Virus record (IMG/VR): IMGVR_UViG_3300046007_013272
DNA from: an uncultured virus (IMG/VR IMGVR_UViG_3300046007_013272)
Taxonomy: Duplodnaviria; Heunggongvirae; Uroviricota; Caudoviricetes
Direction: 5' to 3' (one strand)
Length of the DNA: 64,000 bases
Position 1 is the first letter of the stretch, and every line of letters starts with the position of its first letter. The position numbers were made by a program, and so were the translations under genes. Positions 51,933 to 60,866 of this stretch are shown piece after piece. The notes under the pieces are model-generated. The model did not search any database and was not told the origin of the DNA. It was given only the letters and a program-made list of their open reading frames with translations.

Positions 51933-52400
51933 ATGATGTTATCCGAAAATCTTTCAGTCGCTGAATTTAGCAAATCAGATACCGCAAAAAGAAAAGGTAT
52001 TGATAATACTCCAAAGGGAGTTCATTTAGAAGCAGCTAAAGAATTAGCTCAAAATATTTTCCAACCTATTAGAGAACATTATGGAGTACCTATCTTCTTA
52101 TCTTCAGGATATAGAAGTGATGCTTTAAATAAAGCAGTAGGTGGTTCAGCTACTTCACAACACTCAAAAGGTGAAGCAATTGATATTGATATGGACGGGC
52201 ATAAAGGTCCATCTAATGCTGAAATCTTTAATTACATCAAAGAAAACTTAAACTTTGATCAGTTAATTTGGGAATTTGGTACTAAAACAGCACCAGATTG
52301 GGTTCACGTATCTTATAAAAAAGGTGGTCCTCAAAGAAAACAAATTTTACGTGCAGTAAGAAATTCTGCAGGTAAAACTGTTTACGAACCTTACAAATAA
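51933..52400 (+). CDS. Peptidase M15A-family endolysin
   Basis: SSGYRS..LN..VGG...SQH..GEAIDI and WVHVS (Zn ligands His, Asp, His). Confidence 0.9.
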   Translation: MMLSENLSVAEFSKSDTAKRKGIDNTPKGVHLEAAKELAQNIFQPIREHYGVPIFLSSGYRSDALNKAVGGSATSQHSKGEAIDIDMDGHKGPSNAEIFNYIKENLNFDQLIWEFGTKTAPDWVHVSYKKGGPQRKQILRAVRNSAGKTVYEPYK

Positions 52401-52408
52401 TAACAATA

Positions 52409-52852
52409 ATGAAACTTAACCTTCCACTACTGGCTATTACTTCGTTATCAGCAGGTGTAACCTTTATGTGTTCTTATTTTATGAAGCTAACTATGGCTAA
52501 TTCTGATCAGTATTTAGCCGTAGTGGGAGTTATGTTTCTAGATGGCATATTTGGAATGATTGCAGGTGCTAGAAGAGAAGGATTTCAAACTCGTAAAGCT
52601 TTACAAGTATTAAGAAATACCTTTGCTTGGTTAGTTATTCTAACAGGTATCCTGATGGTAGAACAAGGTTTTACTGGAACAGCTTGGCTTAGTGAAGTAA
52701 TCGTAGTACCTTTTATGATATTTCAAATCATAAGTGCACTTAAAAATGCATCTATGGCTGGTTTTATTAAGGCATCTTTATTAAATGAGATTCTTGATAA
52801 AATAGATCAACATAAAGGTATAAGAAAAAAAGATGAAAAATCTACAGAATAA
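52409..52852 (+). CDS. Holin-like multi-TM protein
   Basis: 3-4 TM helices, D...G and S.LKN motifs; adjacent to the endolysin. Confidence 0.65.
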   Translation: MKLNLPLLAITSLSAGVTFMCSYFMKLTMANSDQYLAVVGVMFLDGIFGMIAGARREGFQTRKALQVLRNTFAWLVILTGILMVEQGFTGTAWLSEVIVVPFMIFQIISALKNASMAGFIKASLLNEILDKIDQHKGIRKKDEKSTE

Positions 52853-53915
52853 AATATTTCCATTTTTAATAGCGCTTTCTGCACTATCAGTTTCTGCTTC
52901 GGCCGCTTTCTATTCAGTAAGCGGCCTTAGTAAACTTTTCGCAGGTGCTAGTTTGGCTGTAATTATTATGGCAACTTCTCTAGAAATAGCTAAACTAATT
53001 ATTGTTTCTTTACTTTATCAGTATAGAAAAACTTTACCTTTAATGTTAAAAATTTATTTAACAATAGCTGCTACTATCCTTGTTTTAATTACTTCTATGG
53101 GTATTTATGGTTTTTTATCAGCAGCATATCAAGAAACAGCAAATAAAGATGGTTTTGTTACTCAACAAATAGAAGTATTAGAAACTAAAAAAGAATTATA
53201 CGAAGATAATCGTAATAATATTATCCAAGAAAAACAATCATTAGCTGAATTAAAAGGTACATTATCTAAAGGTTCAACTACTCAATATACAGATAAGAAT
53301 GGTAATTTAGTAGTTAGATCTAATAATGCATCTATTAAACAAATTGAATCTGCTAATAAATCGGATGATGCTTTAACAAATAAATTAAATATAGTTAATG
53401 ATTCTATATTTAGTTTAGAAACTCAAATATTAGAAGTTAAAACTAATGGTGAAGCCGCAAGTGAATTAGGACCTTTAAAATTTCTTTCTAACTTAACGGG
53501 CGTTGCCATGGATAGGATCATAAATTGGTTATTATTAATTATAATATTTGTATTTGATCCTTTAGCAATTGCATTAGTTATAGCAGCTAATTTTGCTTTT
53601 GAAAATTCTAAAAATAAAAATGATATGAAGTTATTTAATTGGTTTAAAAAACAAACCACCCCAGAACCTACCCCAGTACAAGAAGTTTCTAATAATGAAC
53701 CTGAGATTTTTCCTGAAGAAATTATTTTAGAAGATATTAAAAGTGATGTTTCTGAAGAAAAAAAAGTTACTTTAGCTGAACCTACTGAAAGTTTAGTTGA
53801 GCTTGTAAATGAATATAAAGAAAATATCCAAACCCAACCCCAACTCAGCCCCCGAGAATTAAAAATTAAACAAAAATTTAATAAATCAGATGATGATTTG
53901 ACTATAAAATATTAG
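52833..53915 (+). CDS. Membrane protein with central coiled coil
   Basis: Three N-terminal TM helices (SVSGL..LF, TSMGIYGFLS), a coiled coil and the TM segment IIFVFDPLAI. Confidence 0.7.
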   Translation: MKNLQNKIFPFLIALSALSVSASAAFYSVSGLSKLFAGASLAVIIMATSLEIAKLIIVSLLYQYRKTLPLMLKIYLTIAATILVLITSMGIYGFLSAAYQETANKDGFVTQQIEVLETKKELYEDNRNNIIQEKQSLAELKGTLSKGSTTQYTDKNGNLVVRSNNASIKQIESANKSDDALTNKLNIVNDSIFSLETQILEVKTNGEAASELGPLKFLSNLTGVAMDRIINWLLLIIIFVFDPLAIALVIAANFAFENSKNKNDMKLFNWFKKQTTPEPTPVQEVSNNEPEIFPEEIILEDIKSDVSEEKKVTLAEPTESLVELVNEYKENIQTQPQLSPRELKIKQKFNKSDDDLTIKY

Positions 53916-53917
53916 TT

Positions 53918-54334
53918 ATGAAAAAAATATTAGTTTTATTTATTTTTTTATTAGTATCATTTAGTTCATTTGGGCAACAAATTCTAAAATGGCATAAAGT
54001 TACTAACTATATGTCTACCTCCGAAATGATTTGGAGTCAGGTAGAACAAAAAACAATATTTTTTGATAATCACGATTTAGCAGCAACCAGTGCTGTTTGG
54101 GATATTACATTAGATGTAGTAAACGGAGAAGGATTTGTAACCTCAGGTAATATTACTTACCGAGTAAAATCAACCACAATTGAAGAGCGAGAAGGAATGA
54201 AAATGGTTGTAATGAATGCTTACAATGAAACTTTAAATATTCCTGTTTTAATGATTGCAAATACTATTGATAATAAATTTAAAATGGGTATTTACGTTGA
54301 AGCACATAAAAAAGTTTATTATTTCTACGAATAA
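53918..54334 (+). CDS. Secreted hypothetical protein
   Basis: Signal peptide MKKILVLFIFLLVSFSSFG/Q. Confidence 0.65.
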   Translation: MKKILVLFIFLLVSFSSFGQQILKWHKVTNYMSTSEMIWSQVEQKTIFFDNHDLAATSAVWDITLDVVNGEGFVTSGNITYRVKSTTIEEREGMKMVVMNAYNETLNIPVLMIANTIDNKFKMGIYVEAHKKVYYFYE

Positions 54335-54346
54335 TTTATTTGTAAA

Positions 54347-54748
54347 ATGATTTCAAATCTAAAACGACCTTATAAATTAGAAATAAGAAAAACCTATCAA
54401 AAAGGTTGGGGAGTATTTGCTACTTCACCTATATATCTTAATGAAGTTATTGAAGAATGTCCTTTATTAGAAGTACCTACTAAATTATCTAACTCTCACC
54501 CTGAAGCTTTTATGGATTATGCTTTTGCTTATCCAATAGAAAACCCTCAACTACAAGTTCTTCCTCTTGGATTTGGCTGTATATACAATCATTCAGATAC
54601 ACCTAATGCTAAATGGCAACACAATCCATTAGATAGTCAAATTTTTCAATTTATAGCTATAAGAGATATACAAGTAGGAGAAGAGATTTGTACTTATTAT
54701 GGAGACGAAAAATATTGGGCTCAAAGACCCTACATTAAAAAAATTTAA
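54347..54748 (+). CDS. SET-domain protein (putative lysine methyltransferase)
   Basis: KGWGVFA, YNHS..PNA and A.RDI..GEEI..YYG. Confidence 0.9.
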   Translation: MISNLKRPYKLEIRKTYQKGWGVFATSPIYLNEVIEECPLLEVPTKLSNSHPEAFMDYAFAYPIENPQLQVLPLGFGCIYNHSDTPNAKWQHNPLDSQIFQFIAIRDIQVGEEICTYYGDEKYWAQRPYIKKI

Positions 54749-54763
54749 AACATTTTACAATAC

Positions 54764-55552
54764 ATGGCAACGCTAGATAATAGATTGCGAGCAATAAATT
54801 TTCAAATTCAATCATTTTTAGGACTTAAAAAACAAGACAATAATGAGAATTTTGAGCTAGTTAAAGAATGGGATTTTACTAAAACTACTTTTGATGAGTT
54901 AAAAAAAGATTTTCGTTTTACCCCACCTTGGGGTGAAAAAATAAATAAGAAACACTCGTGTAAGTTTAACGAGAATAATATTAAATTAACCTCTGAAGGA
55001 ATTGAATTTTGGAATTCAGTAAATACTGGAAGTGATAATACGGAAACTCCTTATATTGCAGGAGCGATTATAACGAGAAAAGCAACTACTTTACCAGCAT
55101 TCGGGAAAATTGAGGCGTTGGTTGAAATCCCAAGGTATAAGGGACAATTCCCAGCATTTTGGACGACTGATGAATTAGCAGCAATGCCCGAATTTGATAT
55201 ATTTGAGTTTATTTGGCCCTCATGGAAAGAAGAAGCTACAATGGCTGGGAATATTCACTATGGAACTGCTTATGATTCTAAAAAATGGAAATTTGATAAT
55301 CCAAGTTGGTTGGGTGTAAGTGGAAAAACGTGGGATAAACCCATTAAATTTAGCGCTGAATTTTATCCTCACGAGACTCTATATAAGGTAAATAATTATG
55401 TTGTATATAAAACTATAAACGGGTATACACCTAATAATAGGGTAGTGTGGTTAAATGGTGGCACTTATCATAGTGGAGGAGGGCCTATAGGAGAAGGACC
55501 ATGGTTATCTTTAAAAGCTAAATATCTAAAATTTTACAGATTAAAAGAATAA
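54764..55552 (+). CDS. GH16-like glycoside hydrolase
   Basis: FGKIEA, G.FPAFW and EFDIFE (ExDxxE catalytic motif). Confidence 0.7.
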   Translation: MATLDNRLRAINFQIQSFLGLKKQDNNENFELVKEWDFTKTTFDELKKDFRFTPPWGEKINKKHSCKFNENNIKLTSEGIEFWNSVNTGSDNTETPYIAGAIITRKATTLPAFGKIEALVEIPRYKGQFPAFWTTDELAAMPEFDIFEFIWPSWKEEATMAGNIHYGTAYDSKKWKFDNPSWLGVSGKTWDKPIKFSAEFYPHETLYKVNNYVVYKTINGYTPNNRVVWLNGGTYHSGGGPIGEGPWLSLKAKYLKFYRLKE

Positions 55553-55615
55553 TTTTTTACTTAACTTGCCCCCAACTAGTATGTTTAGTATATTTATTAA
55601 AAATAAAATAAACAA

Positions 55616-55813
55616 ATGGAAAATTTTCTAACTGAACAGGACAAAAAGAAAACACAACTTATTGATGAGCTTTTATCTGTAGCTAGCCTATTAGATGAAG
55701 CCTATCAATACCACCCCGCAAATCCTAAACAAATTAAAGTAGAGGATTATTTCCAAGAGTTAAGTGAGAGAAAAGTACAAATTGAAACTGAATTATCTAA
55801 TTTAGAAAATTGA
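55616..55813 (+). CDS. Hypothetical protein
   Basis: 65 aa; promoter-like CTTG-N20-TATATTTA upstream. Confidence 0.6.
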   Translation: MENFLTEQDKKKTQLIDELLSVASLLDEAYQYHPANPKQIKVEDYFQELSERKVQIETELSNLEN

Positions 55814-56055
55814 GCAAAAAAAAGTTAATTAAAGGATCCAAAATTAAAGTTAAAGGTATCTCTGAACAAGGTATCTCTAGAACTTCTATTCACGGAAAAA
55901 TCTGGCAAATTGAGCGAGTTGTTAACGACTTGTCTGAATTTTACTCTAGCAAAGGTCCTTTAATTGCTTTAAAAAGTTGTAGTGAAAGGAATGCTTGTTT
56001 TTGGTTTTATTATAAAGAAGATCCTCATTTTAAAATAACAAAATTTTTAGGATAA
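55810..56055 (+). CDS. Hypothetical protein
   Basis: TTG start overlapping the previous stop. Confidence 0.45.
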   Translation: MSKKKLIKGSKIKVKGISEQGISRTSIHGKIWQIERVVNDLSEFYSSKGPLIALKSCSERNACFWFYYKEDPHFKITKFLG

Positions 56056-56116
56056 GAATTATTCTTTTAAAAAATCCTAATATGTATTATTGTATAACAA
56101 AATACCATAAATAAAA

Positions 56117-56632
56117 ATGGCAATAACAACTTTAGCAGTTAGACAATTTTACCAAATTCCTTCAGAATATGGCACTTTTAACCGTCCTGCATCAACTTTT
56201 GTAGTTACTGGATCTGTTAGTAGACTACTAGTTGATGGTGGTCGATCAAATTTAGCTAATGATTCTATGACTATCACCACTCAAAATAGCAGCCCCTATA
56301 TTGCAAACTCAGGCACTGCAGAAGGTTGGTGGCCTAGTCCTAGTATTGACGGAGCTACGGGATATGGTATTATTGTAGGTGGAAATGATGTATTTGCAAA
56401 TACTTCTCCAGATGGTAGAATTTCAACAGTTTCATGTTGGGGTTGGATTGCACAAGAAGATCAAGCTGCTAATGATGCTGAATTTATTGCTTTAGCTGAA
56501 ATTGTAACTGGAGTTGAAATAGCTAATACAGCATCTGCTAAAACTAATTTACAAAGCCGTGGTTATTACTATCAATACCCAACTGGGTATCAAGGACAAA
56601 GCCCAGGCACAGGACCAGGTTCAGATTCTTAA
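56117..56632 (+). CDS. Hypothetical Gly/Ser/Thr-rich protein, possibly virion-associated
   Basis: TATGTATT motif upstream and terminator downstream; composition like the structural genes. Confidence 0.55.
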   Translation: MAITTLAVRQFYQIPSEYGTFNRPASTFVVTGSVSRLLVDGGRSNLANDSMTITTQNSSPYIANSGTAEGWWPSPSIDGATGYGIIVGGNDVFANTSPDGRISTVSCWGWIAQEDQAANDAEFIALAEIVTGVEIANTASAKTNLQSRGYYYQYPTGYQGQSPGTGPGSDS

Positions 56633-56656
56633 TTGAAATAAAAAATATTTTAGAAA

Positions 56657-56694
56657 GAAGGGAAAATTTTTATAATTTTCCCTTGCTTTTTTTT
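56657..56694 (+). terminator. Intrinsic terminator
   Basis: AAGGGAAAATT-TTTAT-AATTTTCCCTT hairpin followed by GC and T8. Confidence 0.65.
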
Positions 56695-56730
56695 AAAATT
56701 GGTTGTAAATTCAAGATAAATAAATTCTTA

Positions 56731-57519
56731 ATGATAAAAGTTAGTCACGAAACTCCGTTATGTCTATTAGAAGATAGTCGTTTATTTAATGATTATGATT
56801 ATTGCCTCCCCCACTTGCTCGATCAAGAGCAAGGCTATCAAGATTATTTTTTAACATCAGTAGCACAAGGTCGCTATGTTATTATGGATAATTCACTTCA
56901 TGAGCTAGGACATGCTTATGATGAGGATCGTTTGCTACACTGGATTAGTGTACTTCGCCCTAATGAATTTATTGTACCTGATGTTTGGCAAGATCGAGAC
57001 AAATCAGTAGTAAACGCTCGTAAATGGGCTCAAGTTAAACTACCTATGGGGGTAGAAAAAGTAGCAGTAGTTCAAGCAACTACTATTCACGAAGCTGCTA
57101 CTTGCTATCAAACCTACAAAGATCTAGGTTACAAGAAAATTGCATTTTCATATGGCGCTTCTTACTATAATGATGTAGTACCTCACGCTAATAAAAACCT
57201 AGGTAAAGCACTTGGACGTTTATCTGTTATCTCAGCTCTATATGAAACTAAAGTAATTGAAAATAACGATCGAGTACATTTATTAGGATGTCAAGTACCA
57301 CAAGAATTTGGATGGTATAATGGATTTCAATTTATCGAATCAATTGATACTTCAAACCCAGTAATGGCTGCTCTAGAAGGCATGCGTTACACAAATGCGG
57401 GTTTAATTGAAAAACCAAAAGCAAACATGAACGATTATTTCTTTATGTTGTCTGATCAAGTTGATTATGAGCTTTTATCTTATAACATTTTAAAGTTTCG
57501 TGAAATTAACGATTTGTAA
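56731..57519 (+). CDS. TGT/DpdA-like TIM-barrel protein (candidate 7-deazaguanine insertion enzyme)
   Basis: IMDNS, VPDV, VVQ, VHLLG and SIDTS motifs resemble TGT-fold proteins; directly upstream of queC. Start moved to ATG 56731. Confidence 0.55.
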   Translation: MIKVSHETPLCLLEDSRLFNDYDYCLPHLLDQEQGYQDYFLTSVAQGRYVIMDNSLHELGHAYDEDRLLHWISVLRPNEFIVPDVWQDRDKSVVNARKWAQVKLPMGVEKVAVVQATTIHEAATCYQTYKDLGYKKIAFSYGASYYNDVVPHANKNLGKALGRLSVISALYETKVIENNDRVHLLGCQVPQEFGWYNGFQFIESIDTSNPVMAALEGMRYTNAGLIEKPKANMNDYFFMLSDQVDYELLSYNILKFREINDL

Positions 57520-57554
57520 AAGCGTTTGCCTATACGCTTACAATACATGGCAAA
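57520..57554 (+). promoter_or_regulatory. Compact H-type pseudoknot candidate in the queC leader
   Basis: AAGCGT(57520-25) pairs with ACGCTT(57534-39), and TTTGCC(57525-30) pairs with GGCAAA(57549-54). Confidence 0.45.
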
Positions 57555-57573
57555 TTAAATATTTATACAAAAC

Positions 57574-58452
57574 ATGGCAAAACACGTTGTAGTTTCGTTA
57601 TCTGGAGGAATGGATTCCTCAACACTATTGCTTAGAGCGCTAAGCGAATTTGATACTGTAACAGCAGTATCGTTTGACTATGGTCAAAAACATAAAGTAG
57701 AGCTTGATCGAGCCCAATCACTGGTAAATTATATTAATGATAATCCTACTAGAGTATTCCATCATGATCATGCTCCAAATGGATTTGAAGAATCGTATCC
57801 ATTAGTAAATTACCGAGTAATTAAACTTGATGGTTTAGTTGATTTACTTAACTCAGCCCTAGTAACAGGTGGTGCCGAGGTACCAGAAGGTCACTATGCT
57901 GAAGAAAACATGAAAGCTACAGTAGTACCCAATCGAAACAAGATTTTCAGTTCAATTACTCAGGCAATTGCTTTGTCTATTGCTACTGAAAAAAAAGAAG
58001 AATGTTCTATTGCTTTAGGTATTCACGCAGGTGATCACGCTATTTATCCTGATTGTCGTCAAGAGTTTCGTGACGCTGATGACCTCGCCTTTCGAGTAGG
58101 TAACTGGGATAGTGAATTAGTTTCATATTGGACTCCATATCTTGAAGGTGATAAATTTACTATTTTGCAAGATGGAGAGAAATTGTGTGCTAATCTAGGA
58201 GTTGACTTTAATGAAGTTTATAAACGCACTAATACCTCTTATAAACCACTTCAACATATTATTGAAACGCAACCTGGATGGACTGAGCTAGTATGGTTTA
58301 GTGATTACAAATCAGCATCATCTGTTGAACGAGTTGAAGCGTTTATTAAGCTGGGTCGCCCCGATCCCGCAGAGTATGCTGACGAGACCGGTCCTGTAAC
58401 TTGGGAACATGTAATAAATGAAGTATCTAAAGTACTATCTAATCATGAGTGA
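57574..58452 (+). CDS. queC: 7-cyano-7-deazaguanine synthase
   Basis: SGGMDS, FDYGQ.H, TVVPNRN and YPDCR.EF. Confidence 0.92.
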   Translation: MAKHVVVSLSGGMDSSTLLLRALSEFDTVTAVSFDYGQKHKVELDRAQSLVNYINDNPTRVFHHDHAPNGFEESYPLVNYRVIKLDGLVDLLNSALVTGGAEVPEGHYAEENMKATVVPNRNKIFSSITQAIALSIATEKKEECSIALGIHAGDHAIYPDCRQEFRDADDLAFRVGNWDSELVSYWTPYLEGDKFTILQDGEKLCANLGVDFNEVYKRTNTSYKPLQHIIETQPGWTELVWFSDYKSASSVERVEAFIKLGRPDPAEYADETGPVTWEHVINEVSKVLSNHE

Positions 58453-58747
58453 TGGAATAACAGAAGCTCGTAGAGGCACCTATTTTAAATCCGATAAATA
58501 TAACCATGATGATAGTATTATTAATCCTGAGTTATACGGAAAAATAAAAAGTACAAAAAACGTGAAAATAGATACTAAAATTAAAGATTTTAAACATATG
58601 CCTAATCAAAAATGGCATAAAATTATGAGCTTTATTAAATCAAGTATCCGTATAACTGGTTATATTCTTATCCCATTCGACTTGACCTCAGCTGCTCTTG
58701 TTCTTATATTTAGTGAAATAGTAGGTATATTAGAAGAATTAGTATGA
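58445..58747 (+). CDS. Hypothetical protein with C-terminal hydrophobic hairpin
   Basis: ATG 58445; C-terminal SFIKS.IRI.GY...E.VGILEELV. Confidence 0.5.
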   Translation: MSDGITEARRGTYFKSDKYNHDDSIINPELYGKIKSTKNVKIDTKIKDFKHMPNQKWHKIMSFIKSSIRITGYILIPFDLTSAALVLIFSEIVGILEELV

Positions 58748-58890
58748 AAAAATTCGAAACTTGGTTTTTGAAATATGGACATTGGAGTTTTTTAACAAGC
58801 TCACTTTTTGAAGCATCAGAGAGTCGTTGGTTAACGGCGGCTGCTTTTATGTTTCTTTTTATTAACTATCAATTTTTAAACAAAAAATGA
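58744..58890 (+). CDS. Small hydrophobic hypothetical protein (not in the ORF track)
   Basis: 48-codon ORF overlapping both neighbours through ATGA junctions. Confidence 0.45.
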   Translation: MKKFETWFLKYGHWSFLTSSLFEASESRWLTAAAFMFLFINYQFLNKK

Positions 58891-59135
58891 AACAACTTTG
58901 GTATTTTTCAGCCCCATGGTGCGGTCCATGTCAATCTTTTGGTCCTATTATGGATCAAGTAACAAATGCAGGTGTAAATGTAAAAAAAGTTAATATTGAT
59001 TATGAACCTAATGCCTCAACTACTTATGGTATTAAAAGTGTTCCAACTGTTATTTTAGTTGAAGACGGACAAGAAAAAGCACGTTTTATAGGAGCTCGTT
59101 CTTTGAATGATGTGATTAAATTTTACAATCAATAA
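58887..59135 (+). CDS. Thioredoxin
   Basis: FSAPWCGPC and SVPT. Confidence 0.92.
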   Translation: MKQLWYFSAPWCGPCQSFGPIMDQVTNAGVNVKKVNIDYEPNASTTYGIKSVPTVILVEDGQEKARFIGARSLNDVIKFYNQ

Positions 59136-59599
59136 TGAGTAGTTTTAGGTCAACAAAAGTATTTGATGGCTACTCAACAGTATTCCGCCAATGGAAAGCT
59201 GAAGGAACACATTGTAGATTCCTTCATGGCTATGGAGTAAGTTTAAAAGTATGGTTCGAAGGTGAACTTGACCAGCGTAACTGGGTATGGGACTTCGGAG
59301 GTATGAAGCGTGCTAAAGGTACTATCGATGGTATGAACCCTAAAGCATGGATGGATTATATGCTTGATCATACTACAATTATTGCAGATGATGATCCATA
59401 CCTTTCTTACTTCCATAACATGTACACCGAAGGTCTAATTCAACTACGAATTATTCCAGCTACAGGAGCAGAGCGTTTTGCAGAGTACTTCTACAACAAA
59501 TTAAATACATTTATTCAAGAAGAAACAGATGGTCGTGTTAAAGTAGTTCAAGTTGAATTTCGTGAACACGAGAAAAACACAGCATTTTATAAAGGATAA
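59135..59599 (+). CDS. queD: 6-carboxy-5,6,7,8-tetrahydropterin synthase
   Basis: C..LHGY, DFG, LDH, T.AE and terminal E; que-cluster context. Confidence 0.85.
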   Translation: MSSFRSTKVFDGYSTVFRQWKAEGTHCRFLHGYGVSLKVWFEGELDQRNWVWDFGGMKRAKGTIDGMNPKAWMDYMLDHTTIIADDDPYLSYFHNMYTEGLIQLRIIPATGAERFAEYFYNKLNTFIQEETDGRVKVVQVEFREHEKNTAFYKG

Positions 59600-59601
59600 T
59601 T

Positions 59602-60384
59602 ATGTCACTAGGAAGAATAGAAGACTACAATAAAATTCTACCAATTGTAGAATTATACACTTGTGTGCAATCAGAGGGTAGCCGAGCAGGTCGCCCTACT
59701 GTTGCAGTCCGCACTACGGGTTGCACCCACCGCTGCTACTTTGGTGAAGGTGGATGGTGTGATTCTTGGTACACAAGTATCCACCCTGAAAAAGGTAAAT
59801 ACACTTTCCAGGATATTATTAACATTTACGATCAAAATCCTGAAATTAAGGAGATGATGTTAACTGGAGGTTCTCCAACTATGCATCCAAAACTCGTAAA
59901 CGAACTAACTCACTTTGCAAATGAAAGGCAAATCATCATCACGATCGAAACAGAAGGGTCTGCTTTCCTTGAAACAGATTATCCTATTGGGCTTATTAGT
60001 TTCAGCCCTAAATTTAGTAACAGCGTGCCTGTACTTGGGGGTACTACACCTCTTGGGAGTATTGTAGATCAAAAATTCATTGATACTCACAATCGACTAC
60101 GTCTAAACAAAGACGCGATTAAAAAGTCAATGGCTTATCATTCAGACTACCATATGAAGGTAGTCGTTAACCCAGATGAAATGCCAGAAACTTGGGCTGA
60201 AATTCGTTCATTTATGGATGAGCTAGAAGTACCAAAAGATAAAATCTGGATTATGCCTCCTGGAGATAATCGTCAAGAACTAATTCGTGTTTATCCTATG
60301 GTAATTGATTGGTGTACTAAGAATTACTATAACTTTACAGGTCGTGAACATATTATTGCTTTTGATACTAAACGTGAAGTCTAA
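59602..60384 (+). CDS. queE: 7-carboxy-7-deazaguanine synthase (radical SAM)
   Basis: Q.EG...G, R..GC..RC(insert)WCDS, TGG.P, IETEG and SPK. Confidence 0.9.
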   Translation: MSLGRIEDYNKILPIVELYTCVQSEGSRAGRPTVAVRTTGCTHRCYFGEGGWCDSWYTSIHPEKGKYTFQDIINIYDQNPEIKEMMLTGGSPTMHPKLVNELTHFANERQIIITIETEGSAFLETDYPIGLISFSPKFSNSVPVLGGTTPLGSIVDQKFIDTHNRLRLNKDAIKKSMAYHSDYHMKVVVNPDEMPETWAEIRSFMDELEVPKDKIWIMPPGDNRQELIRVYPMVIDWCTKNYYNFTGREHIIAFDTKREV

Positions 60385-60563
60385 TGCCTTTTGTCATTTT
60401 TAAGCATACTAACATCCAAGGAATCCCTCGTACTATCATCGTGAATGATAGTGAGGGTATTCCTATGGAGTTTGAATCTATGAGTGCTGCTACAAAATTA
60501 GCTGAACTATTTCAAGCCAACACCACTTCAGGAAATATTTACGAAGTAAAAAAAATAAAATAA
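60384..60563 (+). CDS. Small hypothetical protein (not in the ORF track)
   Basis: 59-codon ORF MPFVIFKH...YEVKKIK*, coupled to queE by TAATG. Confidence 0.55.
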   Translation: MPFVIFKHTNIQGIPRTIIVNDSEGIPMEFESMSAATKLAELFQANTTSGNIYEVKKIK

Positions 60564-60715
60564 TGGCTAAAACTAGTGAAAAAATAGTTTGCCATAACTG
60601 TTTAGATTCTATAACTTTTAAAAAAGGAGTTAAAGTAGAAAGAAATAACTTTGGGATTCCTCATTTTGTTTGGATTTGTAAAAAATGTTACGATGCAGCT
60701 CCTACTAGAAAATAA
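60563..60715 (+). CDS. Small CxxC...CxxC zinc-finger-like protein (not in the ORF track)
   Basis: MAKTSEKIVCHNC...WICKKCYDAAPTRK*; TAATG coupling. Confidence 0.55.
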   Translation: MAKTSEKIVCHNCLDSITFKKGVKVERNNFGIPHFVWICKKCYDAAPTRK

Positions 60716-60866
60716 TAAAGGACATGTTATAGTAGACGATTCTACAGGTAAAATTATTTCTGTTGTCGTTCATAATGCTATTAAAAATAAACAAGATTTT
60801 ATTAACTTAGCCAGTTTTACAAATAACCCAGATGGGACTCACTCTGCAACACGTTTTGTAAAATGA
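60693..60866 (+). CDS. Small hypothetical protein
   Basis: ATG 60693 is in frame with the track ORF; ATGA overlap with thyA. Confidence 0.4.
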   Translation: MQLLLENNKGHVIVDDSTGKIISVVVHNAIKNKQDFINLASFTNNPDGTHSATRFVK

